Source: a virus
Taxonomy: Duplodnaviria; Caudoviricetes
Strand: one strand, 5' to 3'
DNA length: 64,000 nt
Virus record (IMG/VR): IMGVR_UViG_3300021400_000027
Coordinates: 64,001-128,000 of that record
Part shown: piece after piece, positions 34,687 to 46,419 of the stretch
Position numbering within the stretch: the stretch's first letter is position 1
Layout: each line of letters starts with the position of its first letter
Notes under the pieces: generated by a model
What the model was told of the DNA's origin: nothing
What the model saw: only the letters and a program-made list of their open reading frames with translations
Databases searched by the model: none
Translations under genes and position numbers: made by a program

Positions 34687-35373
34687 ATGGGAAAGGTTAT
34701 AATTAGAACTGATACTACCGACATTCCAATCACTATGATTGGAGAATATGCAGGCTTATGTTGGAATGCAAATACTACAGACCACTTTAAAAATTATAGA
34801 CGTGGTTTAGATTGTATTCGGTCAAATCATGGCAGAGCACTTGAATTTCCTCAAATTTATTTAGAACTTGATGGATATTCCGCAAAAGTAATTCGAGAGT
34901 TCTATACCCATATTGGAGGTGCACCGACTCGATTACAGTCATCTACTCGCTATGTTGATTATACTAATTTTAATTGTATTATGCCGCCAAGTATTGACTC
35001 TAATGCGAAAGCTCGTTGGATTTATTCTGACGTGATGGAGAATATTGCAAAAGCGATTTCTAAATTAGAAAAAATTGGTATACCCAGAGAAGATGCAACC
35101 ATGTTACTGCCGCTTGGCATGGAAACTAAAGTTGTGTGTCGTACCAATCTTCGTTCTCTTATTGATATGGCGGCGCAACGTAAGTGTAATAGAGCCTTTT
35201 GGGAATATAGACAATTGTTTAAAGACATTGAAGATGCTTTAGCTTTCTACTCTGATGAATGGGAATATTTAGTTAAAGAAGAAAAAATCTTTAAGACTAA
35301 ATGTGATATATTGGGCTATTGTCCTGAAAAGAGAGGATGTGGAAGAAAACCTAAAAAAGATGAACTGGAGTGA
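34687..35373 (+). CDS. thyX: Flavin-dependent thymidylate synthase
   Basis: HGRALEF, SAKVIREFYTH, QSSTRY, REDA..LPLG, NLRSL, RAFWEYR. Confidence 0.92.
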   Translation: MGKVIIRTDTTDIPITMIGEYAGLCWNANTTDHFKNYRRGLDCIRSNHGRALEFPQIYLELDGYSAKVIREFYTHIGGAPTRLQSSTRYVDYTNFNCIMPPSIDSNAKARWIYSDVMENIAKAISKLEKIGIPREDATMLLPLGMETKVVCRTNLRSLIDMAAQRKCNRAFWEYRQLFKDIEDALAFYSDEWEYLVKEEKIFKTKCDILGYCPEKRGCGRKPKKDELE

Positions 35374-35378
35374 TGTAA

Positions 35379-36422
35379 ATGGACGGAAAGTTATATGGAT
35401 TTGATTTTGATATTCCAGATAATGACGCTATTTTTAAAGCTTTTTAGAAATGTAAGGTAATTTTAGAAAGACACAGTAATATACTCGTAAGTCTAAGTGG
35501 CGGTTCAGATTCAGATATTATGTTGGATATGATTGTGAAATGTAAAGCAGACAATAATAACATTCACTATGTGTTCTTTGATACTGGTCTTGAATTTGAT
35601 GCAACTAAGAGACACTTAGACTATTTGGAAGAAAAATATGGTATTAAAATTGAGAGAAGTAGACCCAAAATTCCTGTGCCGGCATCGGTTAAAAAAATGG
35701 GAGAACCTTTCTTTAGTAAAACTGTATCAGATTACATCTATCGTTTGCAATCCCATGACTTCCAGTGGGAAGATGAGCCATTTGACGTACTCTATGAACG
35801 TTATCCAAACTGTAAAACCGCTCTTCAATGGTGGTGTAATGAAAAGGGAGATGGCTCTAAATTTAATATAAAGAAAGCAAGTTGGCTTAAGCCCTTTATG
35901 GTTGCTAATCCTCCAGACTTTAAGATTTCTAATTATTGCTGTATCCATGCAAAAAAGAATTTATCTAAAGAATGGAAGAAGCATAATCAAATTGACCTTC
36001 AGTGTGTAGGTATTAGAAAAGCAGAGGGTGGCGCAAGAGCAACAATTAAATCTTGCTTTACTATGAAACCCGGAGAGACAGACGAATTTAGACCTGTATT
36101 TTGGCTTGTAAAAGAAGATAAGGAAGTTTATAATAAATTCTATGGAATTTAGCTCTCTGAATGTTATACAAAATATGGATTAAAAAGAACTGGCTGTACT
36201 GGCTGTCCATTCGCAAATGAATGGAAAAAAGAAGTTGAAGTAATTGATGAGTATGAGCCTAAGTTTTCTAAGGCTGTTCGTAATATTTTTAAAAACTCTT
36301 ATGCCTATACTTTAAAGTATGAAGCCTTTCGTGATGAGATGAATGAGAAGTATGGTTCTTGGGCAGCTTACTTAAGAGGAATAGAAGATGGCTCAATTGA
36401 ACCTATCAAAGGAGGAACTTAA
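35379..36422 (+). CDS. PAPS reductase family protein (2 TAG)
   Basis: VSLSGGSDS, FDTGLEF, CC..KK, GIRKAEGG.R, RTGCTGCPF. Confidence 0.85.
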
Positions 36423-36934
36423 TGCTTAAACCTGCAATTTTATATAAGGACCAACTGGAACAGAAATTTAAGGAAGTTTTCTATGACCTTAAATATCAAT
36501 ACTTTACTCATGGTTCAATGAATAATGTACCTGACATTCCTAATAACAATGAAAAATTTCATTGTTTTGCGTCAGTAGATGAGGATGGTAATGTTCTTGG
36601 CTACGTGTCTTACGGCGTTGATTGGGAAGCTATGACGACTGTTGGCTTTGGTGCAATTAGTTTTGTGCCGGGCGGCAGCGTCACCTACGCTTATGATTTA
36701 AGAGAAGCTATTGACAACATTTTTATGAAGTTTAATTTTAACCGAATTGAGTGGTGGGCTTATGCTGATAATCCTGCTATTAGAGGTTATGATGCTTTCA
36801 TTAAACGCTATGGCGGCAGCAGAGTAGGTTATCTCCATCAAAATGTGAAATTGCTTGATGGCAAGGTTCATGACTCTATAATCTATGAGGTATTGAGAGA
36901 AAATTATATTGCACATAGAAAAGGAGTGAAGTAA
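36422..36934 (+). CDS. GNAT (RimJ/RimL-like) acetyltransferase
   Basis: FNFNRIEW...DNPA...Y...G...DG..HD..IYE. Confidence 0.75.
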   Translation: MLKPAILYKDQLEQKFKEVFYDLKYQYFTHGSMNNVPDIPNNNEKFHCFASVDEDGNVLGYVSYGVDWEAMTTVGFGAISFVPGGSVTYAYDLREAIDNIFMKFNFNRIEWWAYADNPAIRGYDAFIKRYGGSRVGYLHQNVKLLDGKVHDSIIYEVLRENYIAHRKGVK

Positions 36935-37429
36935 ATGGATTGGGTAAGTGATATGGAGAAGAAAGAACTTGAACAGCACATTAATTCTGTTATTAGCCTT
37001 GTCCAGAATATGCAAAAAAGAGATGAGGAAAAGAGCAGAAAAATTCAAGGTTTAAAAGAAGAATTGGAACAAAATAAAACTGCAAGAGAAGTCCAGCTTG
37101 AAGCTGAAATCCAAGCTTTGAAAAGTGAATTGGCAGAATGGAAGCGTGGAGAATTTCTCTATGGTTTTGACCCAGAAGAAAGAAAAATTGTAGGTAAGTG
37201 GTTTCAAAAACATTATGAAGAAAATCAAATAAATGACGGAAAACTTAGAAAGGCAGCACCACATTCTCATGTGACCTATTCTATTGACATACATCCTGAA
37301 GTTTTGATTAAGTCTGCTAAGTGCGCAACTTGTGGCAAAGAACTGGTTATGTATGATGGTATTGGGGCTATGTGGGAGTATGATAAGGAAGGTAATAAAA
37401 AGAAAATCAATGTGAGGGATTTAAATTGA
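36935..37429 (+). CDS. Coiled-coil hypothetical protein with CxxC
   Basis: ORF in operon. Confidence 0.7.
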   Translation: MDWVSDMEKKELEQHINSVISLVQNMQKRDEEKSRKIQGLKEELEQNKTAREVQLEAEIQALKSELAEWKRGEFLYGFDPEERKIVGKWFQKHYEENQINDGKLRKAAPHSHVTYSIDIHPEVLIKSAKCATCGKELVMYDGIGAMWEYDKEGNKKKINVRDLN

Positions 37430-38493
37430 TGATAGTAATTGCAATTATTGTGGGGGCTATTAGTGGGGTATTATCTTATTACCTCATTAATAAAGCTCCT
37501 TCTAATATTGACGAATTAAGAGAGACATTTAACAAAAATTAGAATTAGGCAATTAAAGGCTTAATTGAAAAGAAAGATACATGTGAGAAAGAGATGACAG
37601 AAGAAATTCAGCAAAAAATCCAAGACCTTAATAAGGCTCTTGATGAGAGATAGAGTTATTATAATCAAGAAAAGGGTAGGCTAAATGAAGAATTAAGTAG
37701 GGCTATTGAAGAGCATGAAAAAGAAGTTAAACATTTAGCTAATGAATATGAAGATATTAAAAGGAAATGGGTTGAAGCTGAATCTAAAGAACAGCAAGAA
37801 ATGAGAAAGAAAACTTTAGATGAGATTAAAGCATATGAAGATGAGAAAAATGCAGAAATTGAAAAGCTAAAGGTTGCTTATGGACATAAGGAGAAAGGTT
37901 TAACCGAAGATTTTTTAGCCTACAGCGCAGAGATAGATTTGAAAAGGGCGGAATTGACTAAAGAAATTGAAGCCTATGAGAACTAGAAGTCTGCGCTTAT
38001 TGACAGAATTAAAAAAGAGAATGAGGTTAAAAGTTAGATTGATTTCTATCATATTAACCTTGATGCGCCGGCACGGCATGATTTAGAGCAACTTAGAAGT
38101 CTTGCTATGTCTTTCTCTAAGCCAACTGTAATTTATAAGGTAATTTGGGAATCTTTTTATAAAACTCCAATGGAAGCCTTGTTTAAAAAAGTTTTAGGTG
38201 AGAACTTGAATAAGGGTGGAATTTATAAGATTACAGATTTGACTACTGAGAAATCATATATAGGAAGAACCGTAAATTTTTAGGAGCGTTGGCGTACTCA
38301 CGCAAAGAGAGGCTGCGGCATTGATAAGATTAATGGACTTCTTTATGATGAAATGATGAAGAAGGGCTTAGAAAATTTTACCTTTGAAGTGATTGAGGTT
38401 TGTGGGAAAGATAGACAGCCGGCGCAAGAAAAATATTGGATTAAGTACTATCGTTCTGATGAGTACGGATTTAATTAGAATAAAGGGGGTTAA
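37429..38493 (+). CDS. TM plus coiled-coil protein with C-terminal GIY-YIG nuclease domain (code 15)
   Basis: N-terminal TM helix; GGIYKIT...SYIGRT..F(Q)ERW.TH...EKYWI. Confidence 0.82.
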
Positions 38494-38497
38494 ATAA

Positions 38498-39088
38498 ATG
38501 GAAGCTCTTGATATAAATGGATTAAGAGAACTTTGGAATAGAATTGATAGTAGAGATACTTAGGTCTTATAGGTTCTTGATATGATTATGAGAGAAGGGT
38601 CTGATAATTTATTTTCTCTTCAAACTGCAACTGCCGGCGTAGGGTATACTATTAATTGGGAAGGAGGCGTTATTGAAGTAAGTGCAGATGGTTCTCAGAG
38701 AGGCGGGAATCCAGTTATTTTAAATTCTAATTTTAGTTTACCTGCAGGAGACTATTTTTTAAGTGGCTGTCCTAATGGTGGTGGAAGTTTAACATATTAC
38801 TTAGATTTATAGTATTATGATGCTGAAAATGACACATATGTGAGAGCAGTGCCTTAGCCAGATTATGGTCGTGGGAGAGAATTTACTTTGGAATCTACTA
38901 CAACTCTTAGAATGATTTTTATTGTGCCGGGTGGTGGCGTATTTAATGGTTTAATTGTGAAGCCAATGATTAAAAGTTTAAGTGCAGATTCAACAATTTA
39001 TGTACCTAAATTTGATTCACTTTATGAAATGTAGAAGAAGATTGATGACTTAGAAAATAGAATAGCTGTATTGGAGGGCTCTAATTGA
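38498..39088 (+). CDS. Putative fibre/decoration protein (code 15)
   Basis: N-terminal LDINGLRELWNRI motif; LPAGDYFLSGCP.GG...KPMI beta-sandwich-like region. Confidence 0.7.
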
Positions 39089-39180
39089 AAAAATTAGAGT
39101 CCTCTTTTTGTATATTTACATTAATTTCAGATAGGCAAGAAATTGCCCAAATTTTTTTATTTTAAAGGAGTTGATTTTTA

Positions 39181-40164
39181 ATGGCGACAAAGACATATTT
39201 GGATACTGCTGGCTTACGAGCATTATGGGGCATTATTAATACAAGAGATACTGCAACTCAAACAAAAATTGCTACTCTTATTGGTAATGTATCAGGCGAT
39301 AACGAAAAATCCGTAAGAGAAATTTCCGCAGAAGAAGTTGCAAAAATTGTTGCAGGTGCAGACGAAAATTATGACACCTTAAAAGAAATCGCAGATTGGA
39401 TTAAAGATGATACAACTGACGCAGCTAGAATGGTAAGTGACATTAACAGCTTAAAAACTACTGTAGGTGATTCTACAAGCGGTCTTGTAAAAGATGTTGA
39501 TGATTTACAAGGTACTGTAGGCGATTCTACAAGTGGTCTTGTAAAAGATGTTAATGATTTAAAAACTGCAGTTGGAGATTCTAATAGTGGTCTTGTAAAG
39601 CAAGTTGCTGATTTAGAAGCTGCATCTGAGGATTATTTAACAGAAGAAGATTTAGGTAATGATGGTACTGGACAGGGTGCTACAAGAAGTGGTATCAAGG
39701 GAGATATTGAAGATTTAAAGGATGACGTGAACGCTCTTGAAACTACAGTTGGAGATTCTAATAGTGGTCTTGTAAAAGATATTGCTGATATTAATACTGA
39801 GATTGGTGGTGACGCTAATTATAATGGTGCTACAGGTGTAAATCCTACTGCTCCCGGCAGTGGAATTAAGGGTAGAATTTCTGTCCTTGAACATGGTTTA
39901 GGTCAAGTTACCGATGCAGTCCTTCCTATTGCAAATACCTTAACAGTTGTGAAAGGTGCATTAGGTACTCAAGATGATTTAAATTCTGCAACTTATACGG
40001 GTGCAAATGCTCAAAATACAAAGACTGCTTTTGCAAGAATTAAAGCGTTAGAAGAAATTAATGCAAGTGCAGATACAATTGAAGCAATTCCTACAGCTGC
40101 AAGCGACCCTGCAACTGGAGATTCTGTTGCTGAAATTTGCGTATTCACATACGGACAATCCTAA
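39181..40164 (+). CDS. Head/tail fibre protein with VGDSxSGLVKD coiled-coil repeats
   Basis: YLDTAGLRALW, YDTLKEIADWI, four VGDS(T/N)SGLVK repeats. Confidence 0.8.
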   Translation: MATKTYLDTAGLRALWGIINTRDTATQTKIATLIGNVSGDNEKSVREISAEEVAKIVAGADENYDTLKEIADWIKDDTTDAARMVSDINSLKTTVGDSTSGLVKDVDDLQGTVGDSTSGLVKDVNDLKTAVGDSNSGLVKQVADLEAASEDYLTEEDLGNDGTGQGATRSGIKGDIEDLKDDVNALETTVGDSNSGLVKDIADINTEIGGDANYNGATGVNPTAPGSGIKGRISVLEHGLGQVTDAVLPIANTLTVVKGALGTQDDLNSATYTGANAQNTKTAFARIKALEEINASADTIEAIPTAASDPATGDSVAEICVFTYGQS

Positions 40165-40183
40165 TTGACGGAGGTGAGACCAG

Positions 40184-42415
40184 ATGGCAGACTATAAATT
40201 CTTAGACGCAGACGGTCTCCAAGCCGTCTGGTCTATTATTGATGCTGAGAAGGTTGGAAAGAAAGAGAGAAGAGTAAGTGATAACGCTCCTCTTGGAGAA
40301 GTTTTTAATACCTATAGCACAAATAATTGGGAAGCTAATACGGCAAGTGCTGCCGGCTCTCATGCAGAAGGATAGCATACAACTGCAAGCGGATAGGCTG
40401 CTCATGCACAAGGAATAGATACAGTTGCAAGTGGTGTTGCATCTCATGCAGGTGGACAAAATACTACTGCAAGTGGTAATTATTCTATGGCTATTGGCCA
40501 AGGTACAGAGGCTAGTTCTGGTGGTTCTTTAGCTATGGGTGTTGGTACATGGACCGATAGTGCAGATGGAGCATTAGCACTAGGTAAATATAATAAGAAA
40601 GATGCATATAATTTCTTAATTGCTGCAGGTAATGGTACTGCGGCGGATGCACGTTCAAATGCGTTTACTGTTTATTCAAATGGTAATACTGAAATTGGCG
40701 GCAACGGAACAATTAGTGGTACATTAAGTGTTACTGGTGCAGGTACATTTAGCAGTAATTTAAGTGTAACTGGAACTGTTACTGCCGGCAGTATTTCAAT
40801 GATGTAGAGTGGAATTGCTACACCATTATCGAGTATTTTTGTTAGCTAGGTTGCCGGCAAAGGTTTGAGTACAGAAGATTTTACTGCTGCTCATAAGACT
40901 GCACTTGATGACTATATGGATAATAATTATGGCTCATTACTTTCAAACGTACAAACACTTGATGATTATTAGAGTAATGGTTATGTAAGTGCAAATAGTG
41001 AGAAATTAGTAAATGCCGGCTATGTAAATGAGTTTATTACTGATGCTACAAGTGGTTTTGTTGAAGAAGAAAGCGGTAAAGGATTAAGTACAAATGATTT
41101 TACTAATGCTTATAAATCTTTACTTGACACATATAATAGTAGCTATGTTAATTCGTTAGATACTTATGTAGCTAACTATGAATCTATTTTAGCAGATATT
41201 AAAAATAAAGATGATTATGCTTCTAATTATAGCTCTCAATTTGATGGAAAGTTAATTACTGCGGATTATTTAAATTCTGCACTTGAAGATAAAGTACCTT
41301 ATCATTTAAATGATAGTGATTTTATTGATAATGGCGGATATTACTCTGGAAATTCAGATGACCCAATTACTGCAGGTTATTTGAATGAATATATTACGAA
41401 CGCAACTTATGGTAAGTTGGGTAGTGCGAATGTATTGAATGGTACTTATGCAAATAATTATGTTGCTTCTACTTAGCAAAATAAATTAGTTACAGCAAGT
41501 TATGTACAAGTTAAAGCTAATACACTAAGTTCAAGAATTTCTTCATTGGAAAATGCTTCAACTGGAAAAGATAGTGGAAATATGCTTTAGCCTGGATATG
41601 AATAGTGGTATGAAGGTGATGAGTATTCCGGCAGAAGACAGAGTGATCATTATATTCCAGTCATTTCTAGAGAGGGTTATTTATATCCAAATAAAAATTG
41701 GCATATTTATTTTAGAACAGAGCCGGGAAATTAGGTAGAATTTACTATATGTGATAATAATAAAAATGCTTGTGGAGGAGCAATAATTAAGACTGCTGAT
41801 AGTTATGGTATAATAGACTTTGCGGTAACATTTGGAAGTCCTCGACAAAATCCTCCAATGTGGATTAATACTACGAATGAAGATGATGATTATAATTATG
41901 AAATGTATTATCTTAAATTTAAACTTTCTGTTAATAGTTTATATTCATCTTCATAGGTTTATGAATATGCTTTTTATGATTCTAGTTCTTATTATTTATC
42001 AGATGTAAACACTTTTAATGGTGGAGTTTATGCAGGAAATAAAGTTAATAATTTAATTAAATAGCTTTAGTTCCCATTTAAACGTCTGTTTGGTATCACC
42101 CCTGGTGAATTTGAAGATTAGGGATATTATGATGAAGGATAGTTTTCAGATTATAATGAACTTAATGAAATAGGCATATATGCTATATATGATGCTGAAA
42201 ATCCTGATAATAATCCAACTTTTGATAGTGAAGATGTAGCTATTGCCCCTGGTGAGTAGGTTTTATTAATTGTATTTCCGCCTTTAAGTATGTTTTTAAC
42301 ACAAGTAATGATTGTTGAAGATGTAATTTATATAAGAAGATTACATTATGATGATACTAATAATGCTTGGAGTTCTGCTGGTTGGAAAAAAATAACTACG
42401 ACTTCAGCATCATAA
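40184..42415 (+). CDS. Tail fibre/adhesin with YadA-like head repeats, ~743 aa (code 15)
   Basis: SHAEG/AHAQG/SHAGG repeats, GNGT...RSNAFTV neck, GKGLST(E/N)DFT twice. Confidence 0.8.
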
Positions 42416-42439
42416 TTAATTTAAAAGTGAGGTGATAAG

Positions 42440-43360
42440 ATGGTAAACAAGGAAACAATTTGGCAATTCCTTAAATCTGCCGGGCTGTCCAATGCCGGCG
42501 CAGCAGGTTTAATGGGGAATCTTGAAGCTGAATCTGGTTTTAATCCAAAGAACTTAGAAGATTCTTTTGAAGAAAAACTTGGCTTTACTGATGAAACCTA
42601 TACAACCGCTGTTGATGAAGGGGAATATGACCATTTCTCTAATGACGGTGCAGGTTATGGGTTAGCTTAGTGGAGCTACTATACTAAAAAATTAGCACTT
42701 CTAAGCTATTCTAAAATTAAAGATAAATCCATAGGCAATCTTGACTTATAGTTAGGATTCCTGAAAAAAGATATGGAAAAACACTTCAATAAACTTTGGA
42801 ATTTCCTTAAGACAACAGATAGTATTTATGAAGCTACTGTAGAGGTTCTAACAAAATATGAGGCTCCGGCAGATTAGTCAGATTCTGTAAAGGACAAACG
42901 TTATGAACTTGCAAAAGCAATTTATAATGAGTTTGTTAGAGAAGAAGAAAAGACTAAAAAAGTTGAGGACGAAATTAAAACTGAGGAAACTAAATTTGAT
43001 GAAGAAGAGATTAAAAAAGAATCTAAACCAAAATCTGAACTCACTCCTGTTGCGCCGGCTCCCATTAAAATTAACAACAATCCTCAATATGTAAATGGAA
43101 TTGCAACAGAAATTGTTAATGGAATTTGGGGAAATGAGTGGAAAGAACCAGTAACCTCAAAAATTGAAGATGTCGTTGAAGGAATTCGTGCAACTGCTGG
43201 TGAGTCGGAACAATACTATAAAGTAGTAGCCGGTGATACATTAACAAAAATCGCAAATCGTTTTGGTACAACGGTTGAAAAAATTATTCATGATAATTCT
43301 ACAATTTATCCTACAATTGTTAAGTCCTATCTTAACGTAGGTTGGGTATTAAAAGTTTAA
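42440..43360 (+). CDS. Phage tail lysozyme (Phage_lysozyme2) plus LysM (code 15)
   Basis: GAAGLMGNLEAES, GYGLA(TAG)W, YKVVAGDTLTKIA LysM. Confidence 0.9.
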
Positions 43361-43381
43361 TTTTAAAGGGGAGGTGTTTCA

Positions 43382-43801
43382 ATGCCAGATTATTCTTATA
43401 TTCATATAGGTCGTGGTAGAATTTATTCCGATCTTAATAAAGGCTCAGATTCTACTATCGAAGCGTCCTATCTGAATCCTAAATTAAATAAGGTCGAGGT
43501 AGGAGATATTGACTCTGCAACCCTTGCTGAATTAAAGCAACGCCTCTCCACTATTGAATAGAACTCTGGTGATAATGCTGAAATTCAGAACTTAATTAAT
43601 CAAATCGAATCAATTCTTTCTAAGTCAAATTTAACTTAGGAAGATGTTGATTAGATTAAAAATTTAATTACTCAAATAGAAAACAAAGGCGGAGAAGTCA
43701 CAGAGGAATTTAAAGATAAACTCAATTAGCTAGCTGATTCAATTGAAATTGAGGAAAGTGAAATCGAACCTATTCCTTTGGATGTAATCTGGTCTTTATA
43801 A
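43382..43801 (+). CDS. Coiled-coil hypothetical protein (code 15)
   Basis: RBS GGAGGTG; open under code 15; ends IEPIPLDVIWSL. Confidence 0.7.
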
Positions 43802-43826
43802 TAAAATTAAAAAGGAGTTGATTTTA

Positions 43827-44417
43827 ATGGCTAAAACACAATATCTCGATTTAGCAGGCGTACAGGCGTTATGGACTAAGATTTGTGCAAACGATACTGT
43901 AAATAAGAATGCGATTGAAGCAGTTGCTGCTGATGTTGCTGTTCTTAATGCATCTGCAGAAACAGCAGGTTCTGTTGATAACAAAATTGCTACTTAGATT
44001 GCAGAAAAAATTGATTCTGCTAAAATCGCTGAATTACAGGCTCTTGTTGAATCTCTTGGTGAATATCCTGACCAGACAGGACTTGTTAATCAGGTAACAA
44101 CTAATAAGAATGATATTGCTGACCTTAAGACTGCTATCGCAGGTCTATCTGGTGGCGTAACTGCTGAACAGCTTGCTGCTGTTGATACAAAAGCTACAAA
44201 TGCTGCTACAGCTGCTGCTACTGCTCAGTCTGCTGCAGAAGCTGCTGATGCAAAGGCAACAACAGCTAACACAACCGCAAATGCAGTTAAGGCAATTACT
44301 GATGCCCTTGCAGTTGATGGAGTTACAGGTACAACTTTAAAGGAAAAGATTGATGCTGAAATCGAAGCTAACTTCGAAGCAATTGACGTTGATAACCTTA
44401 ACTTAACTTGGAACTAA
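43827..44417 (+). CDS. Ala-rich fibre protein (one TAG)
   Basis: RBS AAGGAG; YLDLAGVQALWTKI motif; terminator at 44424-44452. Confidence 0.75.
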
Positions 44418-44473
44418 TTTAACGAGGGGCTTTTAAGCCCCTCTTTTTTTTTATTAAATGGAGGTGAGTAGGA

Positions 44474-45730
44474 ATGGCTGTAATTAGTTATAAGTATGAT
44501 GATAAAACTTAGCTTTCGCCGCACTTCAACGTTCAGGAATTCCATTGTAAGTGTGGACAAAATCACGATATTTTAATTGCAGAAGAACTTATCTCTCAAT
44601 TGGAGAAACTTTATTCCACTTTAAACTGCTCTAAAATAATTGTTTCTTCTGGACATCGTTGCGCCGCCTATGATAAAAAGATAGGAAATTCTGGAAAAGG
44701 CTAGCACATTTTAGGTAAAGCCGCAGATGTTTACTGCTATGACAAAAATGGTAAAGCTATTTCTACAAAAATTGTTTCCTGTGTTGCTTAGGATTTAGGC
44801 TTTGGCGGCATAGCAAATATTAATTCAGGATATACATGGATTCATTTGGATGTAAGAACTTCTAATTTTTATATGGGTAATGAGATTATTAACTATAGAA
44901 CTCTTACTAATGATTTTTATAAATACTATGGACTTACAAAGGAGCAGGTTTATGGAACTTAGGCTGTGCCGGCGCAAGGTAAGGAAGAGACAAAAGAGGT
45001 GAATAAAATGGGAACAATTCATGGGGTAGACCTTTCTGTTCATAATGGAACAGTTGATTTCTCTAATTTGAAAAATTCTGGTAAGGCAAATTTTGCAATT
45101 CTACGTGCTGGCTATGGAAAATTAGCTTCACAAAAAGATAAGAAGTTTGAGACCTATTATAATAGTTGTAAGTAGGTAGGTATTCCAGTAGGAACTTATT
45201 GGTATTCCTATGCTACTTCTGTAAGTGAAGCAGAACAAGAAGCAAGAGTTTTCCTTGAAACAATTAAAGGAAAATAGTTTGAATATCCGCTTTATTTTGA
45301 CCTTGAAGAACGCTCTGCTTTTAATACAGGTAAGGCAAATTGCTCTGCTATGGTTCGTGTATTTTGTGGTCTTTTAGAAAAGAATGGATACTATGCCGGC
45401 TTATATATGAGCCGTTCTCCATTCACAACCTATATGGAATCTGATATTAAAGACCGCTACACTTTATGGCTTGCAGAATATGGTTCTAGACTTAACTATT
45501 CTGGAAATGCAGATATGTGGTAGTATAGCTCTACAGGTAGGGCTTCTGGTATTAGTGGAAATGTAGATGTGAATTATTGCTATAAAGATTTTCCAACCAT
45601 AATTAAGTCTGCAGGATTAAATGGATTTGGAGCTAATAAGGTTGAAATTTCTGAAATAACTGGTAAGCCAAAAGAATATGATAGAGACGGGGTAGAATTG
45701 ATTGACGCTCCTGAATATGCGCCTATTTAA
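44474..45730 (+). CDS. Endolysin: peptidase M15 plus GH25 muramidase (code 15)
   Basis: LSPHF...EF.CKCG, SSGHRC, G(Q)H..GKAAD; GVDLS, LRAGYG, GK(TAG)FEYP.YFDLE, W(TAG)YSS. Confidence 0.92.
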
Positions 45731-45949
45731 AAGAGGGAATTAATTTCCCTCTTTTTTATTTGACATTTAAAATAGAATTTGATAGAATTAAAAGAAAGGG
45801 GTGGAGATAATGATAACATTTATTGTAGTAGCATTTTTACTATTATATTACTTTGGTAAGAATTTCATGAATTTATTTTTTTAATAAATTGAAATTTCTT
45901 TAATTTTATTGTATAATATTTAAAGAAAATTGATAAGGAGGAAGATAAA

Positions 45950-46207
45950 ATGAGAGTAAGAATTTATCTTGATACAAATAGTGCTTGTAATCGCTTTTGC
46001 GAAACTGTAAGAGGCTTTGGTGGAAAGGGTGAACTCGTAAATGAAAGTGGACGCTATCGTGTTTCTGCCGCCAGTCTTATGGGTTGTTTAATGGCATCTG
46101 CTGAATGGGGGGGCGTAATTTACTTTGAAAGTGAAGAAGACCGTTATACCGAACTTGAAGAATGGATTGCTGATACAGCAGATGACAATATTTCTATTCA
46201 CGAATGA
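45950..46207 (+). CDS. HPr-like small protein
   Basis: YRVSAASLMG resembles the HPr Ser46 motif; own promoter and RBS. Confidence 0.6.
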   Translation: MRVRIYLDTNSACNRFCETVRGFGGKGELVNESGRYRVSAASLMGCLMASAEWGGVIYFESEEDRYTELEEWIADTADDNISIHE

Positions 46208-46419
46208 TAATTGTGGGTGTATGTGGGTTAAGTTTACTCTTAATAATTGGGGGTTTCTTAGCCCAAGAAGAAGACAAAGGTACAATACTGGTTCTGCTTG
46301 GTATAGTGGGACTAGCTTTTGCCATTGTAGTAGATGGATTTGAAAGGAGTGATGAACTATATGACTTACATGGGAGGAAAACAACGGTTAGCACCGAATA
46401 TAGTACCGATACTGAATAA
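46204..46419 (+). CDS. Small membrane protein
   Basis: Two TM helices, ATGA overlap. Confidence 0.55.
   Translation: MIIVGVCGLSLLLIIGGFLAQEEDKGTILVLLGIVGLAFAIVVDGFERSDELYDLHGRKTTVSTEYSTDTE

Noticed and set aside
39460-39790. DNA repeats GATTCTA(C/A)(A/T)AG(C/T)GGTCTTGTAAA as a non-coding or DGR repeat
   Set aside because: They encode in-frame VGDSxSGLVK protein repeats; no reverse transcriptase is in the window
15000-46000. Pseudogenes or sequencing errors as the cause of ORF fragmentation
   Set aside because: Breaks are at TAG in a constant frame, fall on conserved Gln positions, and a suppressor tRNA is present
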